Source: Octopus vulgaris
Lineage: Eukaryota
Direction of reading: 5' to 3'
DNA length: 64,000 nucleotides
Assembly: GCA_951406725.2 (NCBI GenBank)
Contig: OX597836.1
Span: 48,980,001 to 49,044,000 of the forward strand
The position numbers and the translations under genes are program-made. The notes under the pieces were generated by a model, which had not been told where the DNA came from, made no database searches, and was given only the letters and a program-made list of their open reading frames with translations. This document shows positions 55,100 through 64,000 of the stretch, piece by piece. Numbering within the stretch: position 1 is the stretch's first letter; every line of letters starts with the position of its first letter.

Positions 55100-56080
55100 A
55101 TTCAGCAGTTCTTTTGATGAGGAGTAAAAGATGGCATCAAAATCAGATGCAGGTTAATTGCAGCACTCTGTAATTTATGTTGGTTGGGTGTAGTCATCAA
55201 TGTAAGGGCATTTGTGCGTAAGCAGAACTGCAAGCTTAGACGTCGTTTTTAAGCAGTGAAGATCGAAGACGTTACTGTTTTTTCCTGAATCTGCTCACAA
55301 CACCAATCTTTACTCCAGTCTTTGAACGTATCTTGAAAACCAAAGAGTGGGGAGCAGTGTTGACTTATCTCTGCTTCCATTTGAGACCAAGGATGCACGC
55401 AACACGTGTTCTCAAAGATTGCAAAATGCTCCTTCATTCCATCGGGGTATGAGTGAATTATCTTAATCACTCTTGGCGGACATCTATTCCTTGCGCCAAG
55501 TCAAAGTCCATCGTGACTGAGCCAAGCACTTTATTAGATCGACAAACAAAATGCAAAGATCAAGATTTTGTTCTTTGTATTTTCTAAGATTTTCCAAACT
55601 GCAAATATCAGACTAGTCTGGATTTGCATTGACTTTCTGGGAAGGTCCTGTCGACGTGGTGGGCAAAACGTTTAACGATCCCTTTGACAAAGAACAAACC
55701 AACGATGTTAAGGAAGGATAAAAGCTGATGGTGCTAACCTTCCTGTCTGTGGCATCTTTTCATGTACAGGTGGGTAATTAGCGTTTCTTTGGAAAGATAC
55801 CGCACACATTTTTTCCACCGAAATGTATCTGAGATATCGAATAAAATCAACAACGAACATATCTCCACCATCCTTGCCCACCTCAACTGAAGTAACGTCC
55901 CAGAAAGTTATTGGATCATTTTTGTTGTTTCTTTAATTGTTGGGATGTTGTCATTTCTTGGACGGTTGCCCGCTCAAATTGAACCAAGTAAGAATAAGAA
56001 TATGGCTAAAGGAATCTCTTCATCGACCTTTCATTAGGGTCAGTCCTTCAAGATCGAAAGTAGGGCCACCAATGGCTGCT
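55100..56080 (-). mobile_element. Decayed RTE (BovB-like) RT fragment
   Basis: Minus strand 'HVDRTFPESQC' and 'CPPRVIKIIHSYPDGM' match RTE LPESQCGFR and GCP.KF..II..FHDGM. Ends approximate. Confidence 0.6.
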
Positions 56081-57244
56081 TTGCCGATGCTTTCTATATC
56101 GCTGTAGCTGTTGTCTTGTTACTGCTTCTGGCGGTGATGGTGGTAGTGGTGGTGGTTTTGGTGGTGGTAGTGATGCAACTGTTTAAGCTGTTGCTGCTAT
56201 AATTGTTAATGGTGGTGGTGGTGGTGGTGGTGGTGGTGGTGCTGCTGCTGCTGCTGCTGTTGTTGTTGTTGCTGCAGTTCAACTTATGTATTTTCCCCTT
56301 TGATATTTTCTCCGGTTCTCTCCCAATCAATACAGACTCTAGTCTGTAGGACATGACATTTCATCTAAAGTACACAGTTTGATTTTCACACTAGACTTTC
56401 ACCATAATCTCGCTGCAACCTCATCAAAAATGGACGACCTATTACATGTTGAGAGGTGTCAACTGTCTCAACCAGACAAGTTTTTATAACAACTACCGTC
56501 AACACCGCCGCCGTAACCACAATTACCACGACCACCGCCGCCGCCGCTGTAACAACTACCACCACCACCACCACCACCACCATCACCACCATCATCGTCA
56601 TCACCAACCCCAGTATCTTCACAGTGTGGCACGATCACCGCTATATCATTCTCACCTCCACCACTTCACCACCACCACCGCCGCCGGCACCACCACCACC
56701 ACTACCCTCACTATTATTGCTACCAACACCGGCACCACCACCACCACCACCACCACCACCACTCTCACTATTATTGCCACCAACACCGGCACCACCACCA
56801 CCACCACCACCACCACCACCACCACCACCATAACCACCACCACCAACACCCTCACTATTATTGCCACCAACACCTCCATCAGCACCCACCCACACCTACA
56901 ACTGTTAACACAACTGATCGCCTGTTTGTAGCAGGTCTAAATAATATATCTAATATTTTGTGTGGTATGTATAATTATATATATATATATACATGCACGC
57001 ACGCATACATACATACATACAAATCTATATGTATATACACACATATGCCTATACAAGTCTGTGTGTTTGTGTGTGTGTGTGAGTGTATATAAATAAAACG
57101 TACATACATATAAACGAGATGTATGTATAGCTACCTGTATGCATATATATATATATATATGCGTGTGTGTGTGTGTATAAATATATAGACATATTTATAT
57201 GTAGATATATGTTTATATATACGTATTATGTAAAAATAAATAAG

Positions 57245-57646
57245 TAACCATTGAAGGACAGGTGTCAATCCATTACAGCCGTTTCTAACGTATTTTTTAA
57301 TTGATAAATGATTAATTGATAATGATTAAAGCATTATAAAAAAAAAACCGATTTCTTCAGCTGAATACATGAACTCTACAATCAAACACATTTCAAATAG
57401 TTTCAAGTAATTCCAGATCCACGGCAACATACATAGTTCAATCGGAGAATCTACGACTGAACTAGCGGCAGAATCATTGGATATGTTGCCGTGGATTTGA
57501 AATTATTTGAAATTATTTGAAATCATTTGAAATGTGCTTGATCGTAAGATTCCTGTATTCATCTGAAGAAAACAGCCTTTTCACAATGATATAAAAAATT
57601 CGTTAGTAACGGCTGTAATAGATTAACACCTGTCCTTCAATGGTTA
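57245..57646. repeat. ~400-bp imperfect palindrome (arms ~185 and ~165 bp, spacer ~50 bp)
   Basis: TAACCATTGAAGGACAGGTG / CACCTGTCCTTCAATGGTTA outer match; ATCCACGGCAACATA / TATGTTGCCGTGGAT inner match. Confidence 0.85.
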
Positions 57647-57949
57647 TTCATTTTCAATTCACCTACCTCCGAACATGCCCCTCACGTGTTCTGAAGCATA
57701 TTATGGAGTATATATTTAATATATACACTCAAGAACGGATTATATACTCAGCTGGATCGAAGTGGCTGCATACATCACCCAAATTCTGCTGGTACTTCTG
57801 TACCAACGATGGTGTTTGTATAAAAATTGTTGTGGGTGCATTTTATTCCTACCAAACCACGTACCTCAACTTTAAGTACCTTATTCAACTGAATCTTGTT
57901 TATATTTATATATGTATATGTGCGTATGTATGTGTATATATATATACAT

Positions 57950-58745
57950 GCAAGAATTAAACTCGGCAAGATACCCAGGTCTCACGCCATTTCCGCTCTA
58001 CCGGTCGTTCATTACAACACCTGTCTGTATTTGGATTGTCTTTGCGCAGGGACCATCCGGACTCCCGCCTTCGCCATGAACAGAAATTAATCTTCTCTCT
58101 TCGCTCCTTTGCGTCACATGGGCTCAACTCCCCTCCTCTCCTCTCTTCATTTCACACCTACTTCCTCTCTTCACTCCTACCCACCTTTTCCCTTCATAGT
58201 TACCCCTTCATACACACCTCATCCCTACACATCCCAACCCCACCCATAGCCCATCCCCACACATCCCACTCCCACATACCCCACCCCTAGCCCCACATCC
58301 TCACCCCACTCTCACATCCCCACACCACACCCTCGCATCCCCACACCCCAACACCGCCACACCACATCACCCCAGCCTGCACACACTAGCACTGACCACT
58401 TCCCAACACCCACACTATCATCCACACACCCACACATTACAGAAGCACACACACTCTCACATATACACTCACGCGTACCTTCGTTTTGGGATTACCAGTA
58501 TTTTATTATCTCCTCTTCTTCCTAGCTCTCTTGTCTAACCTTTGTCCAGCCAGCCGCCATGATTGACCGCTAGCTCCAAAATATATTTTATACTCTCTGT
58601 TTATTTCCTCGAGTTCTTTTCTGTTGAAGAGCATAGACCCGAAACGTAAAAGATCTTTTTACCTTTCCGAGCATTAAACTAATACACCTGTTTGGTGTTT
58701 ATACGCCTGTCTTCGTCTTTCGTGTTTCTGTAAATTTCAACTATA
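57950..58745 (+). mobile_element. Neptune-type Penelope-like 3' fragment: GIY-YIG C-terminus, 3' UTR, hammerhead-like motif (58617-58652)
   Basis: 'VSRHFRSTGRSLQHLSVFGL...RLRHEQKLIFSLRSFASHGLN' fits V.RHF....H.....R..EQ..IF.L....P.GLN; C/A-rich UTR; ends TTCAAC-TATATA. Confidence 0.75.
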
Positions 58746-58859
58746 TACATAAATGTGTATATGTTTGAATGTATATATATATGTTTTCTTTTTTTTATCT
58801 TTCTTTTAATTTTGACCGGTCGCCTAATTGGTAGCAAGGTTGTGAAGGAAAGCATCTTA

Positions 58860-59290
58860 TTTTGTCCAACATCCTTTAATTCTTAAGAAGGTCTTGCACA
58901 TTTTTATTCTTCCAGATATCGCGATCATTGGCAGTGTATGATTTAAGGATTTGCGTTCTCTCCTGAAGAACCATGTTCAAACTTATTTAGCTCCAGACCG
59001 GTTACTACATATCCTGTTCCTTCCATAATAATAAGTATAACACTCAAAGTGTATCTTGTGTACTGGGTTTTCTAATTCCTTACCAACAGTCCATTGATGT
59101 TCTCTTTCTCCTGTATTTTGTCTAAGCCCATTGGTGTCCAGAGGGTGGCTGATAATCGCAACAGAGCATACCCGTTTCTTGTGTCCCACGCAACAATATT
59201 TCGATGGGGTATATGTATTTTCCGAGTTATAAACCACAGCTTTACATCTTGATACCGGGAATTTTGTCCAGGGCCTTATATTTTCAAAGA
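58860..59290 (-). mobile_element. Decayed R4-type RLE fragment
   Basis: 'KKRVCSVAIISHPLDTN' and downstream frame-shifted IPII.GATG-like segment; similar in type to 52010-52590. Confidence 0.5.
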
Positions 59291-59767
59291 CTATGATATT
59301 CTTTAAAAAAAGATTGTTTGTTTTTAGCTCGGGATAAAAATATAAAAATTAGACTCTAAATATATTGTACGCTGCACCGCAAACATTGCGATGCAGTACC
59401 TCCAGCATCACCGTTAACACCACCAACAACATCATCAGGCCATCCCCCTACCTTTGCCATATCAACAACATGAACCCCACACCACCACCACCACCACAGC
59501 CACGGCCACCTTCATAAGTACCAACATTTTAACATTGAATTTTACAGGACTTATGTAAATTAGCCAAGTATTTTGGAAGACAGCTTTTTTTCCAGAAAAT
59601 AAAATCTCAACAATGTAGCTTTATTACAGGATTGTTAATTTGTTTAATTAATTATAACAAAATACTTTTATTTGTTTGTTTGTTTATACATTGCTTAGTT
59701 CTTTATTTTCGTTTTTTTTATCTTTCAAATATTTCTTATAAGCGGTAGAAACGCAAACACACGTCCC

Positions 59768-59807
<40 letters not shown>

Positions 59808-59983
59808 GTTTAAATATTTGTTGTGCAAGATTTTTTATGTGAAGTCATGTGTTGAAACAGATATTGTTATATTTCGGAATGGTCATATTGCCAGTTTAGC
59901 CAATAAAAACACACGCACTATATATTTGGTGTTATTTTGCTTCAGTGATATTTATTTTTTACATTAATCTTAATCTTATTTCG

Positions 59984-60025
59984 GCCAAAGTTCTTTCGTC
60001 ACACTCCTGTGACCGCATCAGTGGT
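59984..60025 (-). ncRNA. Hammerhead-like motif, CUGAUGCG variant (left copy)
   Basis: Minus strand CCA-CTGATGCG-GTCACA-GGAG-TGTGAC-GAAAG-AA-CTT-TGG. Confidence 0.6.
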
Positions 60026-60539
60026 CCTTTGTTTTCTTCTCACTTACTTATGTCTCTCCTTACTAACCGTCAGCCATTTTGTATTTCTATTGTATGTCTT
60101 CATTTGCGCATGCTTATATCTCTATGTGCGTCTATGTTTATTTAGTGTGTGTGTGTGTGTGGGGGGGATTGTGTAATATTTGTATCTTCTGGTTATATAC
60201 ATTTTTGTAATTTGTATTTTGTTTTTGTTGTTGTTGCTTTTGTTCTAATTTTGTTCATGTGTTTACATCCACCCATTATTATCATTACATATGCTTGTAT
60301 GTATGTATAACAACAATATTAGTAATAATAATAATAAATCTAATCGAAAAAAAAAAGAATATACATATACATATATATATATACATACATATACATATAC
60401 ATATATATATATATACATATATACACACATATATACACATATACATATACATATATATACACATATACATATATATAGATATTCATTTCTATTTCTTTAA
60501 TTACCTGTGTATTTATTATGTTTGCAGGATCCACTATTG

Positions 60540-62022
60540 TCATATGTTGTGGTGTGCGCTATTGCTCCATTCTAGTTTTCTATTCAGGCTAGGTTTATTT
60601 TCTATTATATGTGTAGCTTCTGTAATTTGTCTAATTGTTGCATCTGTTCTATGCGTGGACAATATCTTAATCTCTATGTTATTGATTGATCCCCCGTGTT
60701 CTTGTTCGGCGTGTTGGTACAGAATCGATGAGCTTTTACCTTCCTTGAGTTGTCTCCAATGTTCATTCACCCGCTCACCAATGCTTCTTGCAGTTTCCCC
60801 TACGTATGTTACTGTCTTGTTACTGCATCGTCCCTCTATACATCTTATACTATAGACCACATTTCTGGCTTTACAGTTCGTTTGTGGGCTAAATCTACAT
60901 ACAGTGCAATAGTTATCCGTACAGAGAGTTCTACTAAAAGGATAGCTTCTACCAATTATAGATCTGATAAGGTTGCCTGGCTTTTCAACAACCTTAATTC
61001 TTAGTTTAAGTTTATCTAGGGTCCTTCTAAAGTGGTACGCTAGTTCACCTCCAGGGGTGGTGTCAACGAACATGACATTCTGGTATTTATGGCTATCATA
61101 CCAAGAGTTGGCCTTCCTATTTTCTTTTTTGTCCTTTCTATAGTGTTCCATGACTTGTTCCTATAGAGTGGGCAAATCCCATTCCTATCATTACATAATA
61201 TATTATCAAATTTCTTCATGGCTCCTTTGTATACTCTGATCCTTTCTTTATGGCTGTAACTTGAGAACTGCATGCGGTGAATGAAATACTGTATGTGTCT
61301 CTTTAATTCTGTAGGCTCGCACATGCGTGACACATTTCTCATTATTCTGACGAGGTCTGCCATCAAAATATTGAATTTGGCATTGCCCGCAATGGCTGAG
61401 TTCCGGTGGATCAGGTATTTTGAGGCCATAGGTTTTGCATAGTATGAATGAAGGATTTGGGTTTTATTTTTCACAATTTCTAGCCAGAGTTCAGTGTCTA
61501 GTACTGGTAGTCTATGGTTGGGGTGTTTAGTGGGGTAGTCTATTGTGACCTTAATACTCTGGTGGATGGAGTTAGCTATTTGCTGGATGCTCTCCATAGT
61601 ATTAGTTTCTATTACTATATCAACAGTACTCTCTAGTGGGGGTGCCTTTACCACTATGTTGATATCATCAACATAGCGAGAGTACATGTTTACGAGTATG
61701 GATTTCTGCAGTAGGCATTCTTTAAGCCTTCTGTCCCACCATACCATGAAGAGGTTGGCCACATCACCAGCGATACTAACACCGATGGCTGCCCCCTCGT
61801 CCTGGGCATATATTTTATTATTAAATTTAAATGTGTGGCCTTTTAGGGTAACTCTTATACTAGCTCCTAGTGCATGTGCGATCATTTTCTTTACCTGATG
61901 GACATTTGCGGGGCTCCGTATGGCTCTGGTCCATCCGCGCCATCTTTCTATGTGTGTCTTCCTAGCCATAGAAGTAATTGTAGGCGGTCTACCTCTTAAA
62001 CATCTACTGGGGCAGAAACTAC
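60540..62022 (-). pseudogene. RT-thumb-Cys linker-GIY-YIG ORF of left copy, one frameshift at ~61124-61130
   Basis: ORF 61040-62155 carries the RT; ORF 60540-61151 carries CTDNYCTVC, NVVYSIRC, YVGETARSIGERVNEH, RQITEA, PSLN. Confidence 0.88.
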
Positions 62023-63300
62023 TAAAATATATGCCCAGGACGAGGGGGGCAGCCATCGGTGTTAGTATCGCTGGTGATGTGGCCAACCTCTTCATGGTAT
62101 GGTGGGACAGAAGGCTTAAAGAATGCCTACTGCAGAAATCCATACTCGTAAACATGTACTCTCGCTATGTTGATGATATCAATATAGTAGTAAAGGCACC
62201 CCCACAAGAGAGTACTGTTGATATAGTAATAGAAACTAATACTATGGAGAGCATCCAGCAAATAGCTAACTCCATCCACCAGAGTATTAAGGTCACAATA
62301 GACTACCCCACTAAACACCCCAACCATAGACTACCAGTACTAGACACTGAACTCTGGCTAGAAATTGTGAAAATAAAACCCAAATCCTTCATTCATACTA
62401 TGCAAAACCTATGGCCTCAAAATACCTGATCCACCGGAACTCAGCCATTGCGGGCAATGCCAAATTCAATATTTTGATGGCAGACCTCGTCAGAATAATG
62501 AGAAATGTGTCACGCATGTGCGAGCCTACAGAATTAAAGAGACACATACAGTATTTCATTCACCGCATGCAGTTCTCAGGTTACAGCCATAAAGAAAGGA
62601 TCAGAGTATACAAAGGAGCCATGAAGAAATTTGATAATATATTATGTAATGATAGGAATGGGATTTGCCCACTCTATAGGAACAAGTCATGGAACACTAT
62701 AGAAAGGACAAAAAAGAAAATAGGAAGGCCAACTCTTGGTATGATAGCCATAAATACCAGAGTGTCATGTTCGTTGACACCACCCCTGGAGGTGAACTAG
62801 CGTACCACTTTAGAAGGACCCTAGATAAACTTAAACTAAGAATTAAGGTTGTTGAAAAGCCAGGCAACCCTATCAGATCTATAATTGGTAGAAGCTATCC
62901 TTTTAGTAGAACTCTCTGTACGGATAACTATTGCACTGTATGTAGATTTAGCCCACAAACGAACTGTAAAGCCAGAAATGTGGTCTATAGTATAAGATGT
63001 ATAGAGGGACGATGCAGTAACAAGACAGTAACATACGTAGGGGAAACTGCAAGAAGCATTGGTGAGCGGGTGAATGAACATTGGAGACAACTCAAGGAAG
63101 GTAAAAGCTCATCGATTCTGTACCAACACGCCGAACAAGAACACGGGGGATCAATCAATAACATAGAGATTAAGATATTGTCCACGCATAGAACAGATGC
63201 AACAATTAGACAAATTACAGAAGCTACACATATAATAGAAAATAAACCTAGCCTGAATAGAAAACTAGAATGGAGCAATAGCGCACACCACAACATATGA
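62023..63300 (+). pseudogene. RT-GIY-YIG ORF of right copy, frameshifted
   Basis: ORFs 61920-62429, 62411-62800 and 62689-63300 tile the same protein; it has an extra indel at ~62370 that the left copy lacks. Confidence 0.88.
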
Positions 63301-63806
63301 CAATAGTGGATCCTGCAAACATAATAAATACACAGGTAATTAAAGAAATAGAAATGAATATCTATATATATGTATATGTGTATATATATGTATATGTATA
63401 TGTGTATATATGTGTGTATATATGTATATATATATATATGTATATGTATATGTATATATATATATGTATATGTATATTCTTTTTTTTTTTTTTCGATTAG
63501 ATTTATTATTATTATTACTAATATTGTTGTTATACATACATACAAGCATATGTAATGATAATAATGGGTGGATGTAAACACATGAACAAAATTAGAACAA
63601 AAGCAACAACAACAAAAACAAAATACAAATTACAAGAATGTATATAACCAGAAGATACAAATATTACAGACATCCCCCCCCACACACTAAATAAACATAG
63701 ACGCACATAGAGATATAAGCATGCGCAAATGAAGACATACAATAGAAATACAAAATGGCTGACGGTTAGTAAGGAGAGACACAAGTAAGTGAGAAGAAAA
63801 CAAAGG

Positions 63807-63848
63807 ACCACTGATGCGGTCACAGGAGTGTGACGAAAGAACTTTGGT
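63807..63848 (+). ncRNA. Hammerhead-like motif, CUGAUGCG variant (right copy)
   Basis: ACCA(63807-10)-CTGATGCG-GTCACA/TGTGAC-GAAAG-AA-CTT-TGGT(63845-48). Confidence 0.65.
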
Positions 63849-63962
63849 GAAATAAGATTAAGATTAATGTAAAAAATAAATATCACTGAAGCAAAATAAC
63901 ACCAAATATATAGTGCGTGTGTTTTTATTGGCTAAACTGGCAATATGACCATTCCGAAATAT

Positions 63963-64000
<38 letters not shown>

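Larger units (their letters stand above)
59807..62022 (-). mobile_element. Penelope-like element, left (longer) copy, 5'-truncated
   Basis: RT 'HTFKFNNKIYAQDEGAAIG', 'RYVDDI', 'LPVLD'; C-terminal GIY-YIG; ~730-nt 3' UTR abutting (TA)n at 59771-59806. Confidence 0.92.
62023..63966 (+). mobile_element. Penelope-like element, right inverted copy
   Basis: Reverse complement of 59865-61817 with few substitutions; ends ATAACA-(TA)n. Confidence 0.92.

Noticed and set aside
56094-56931. Thr/Pro/His-rich mucin-like ORFs
   Set aside because: Derived from (ACC)n/(GGT)n trinucleotide repeats that are open in several frames.
61920-62155. Overlapping bidirectional genes
   Set aside because: ORF extensions across the inversion junction are antisense reads of the other PLE arm.

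Overview
Eukaryotic, AT-rich, microsatellite-saturated DNA with no recognisable host gene. The SINE families and repeat style point to a cephalopod, probably Octopus (inference). Nearly all short ORFs are microsatellite artefacts. Three things stand out. (1) A head-to-tail pair of near-identical L1/Tx1-clade LINEs (31.6-37.3 kb, 5'-truncated with intact ORF2; 38.1-44.2 kb, apparently full length). Every junction lies in (TATC)n, and an unusually long ~750-bp (TATC)n tract separates the copies. (2) A young Penelope-like element (RT + GIY-YIG) forming a ~4.1-kb head-to-head inverted duplication set in (TA)n at 59.8-64.0 kb. (3) About ten short type-I hammerhead-ribozyme-like motifs from several Penelope-like families, with palindromic stem III. 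Two families carry a non-canonical core in both of their copies (CUGAUGCG, CUGUUGA). The remainder is tRNA-derived SINEs, decayed RTE, R4-type, CR1-like and I/jockey-like LINE fragments, and several fold-back inverted repeats. All calls come from reading the sequence by eye; no alignments, folding or database searches were run.
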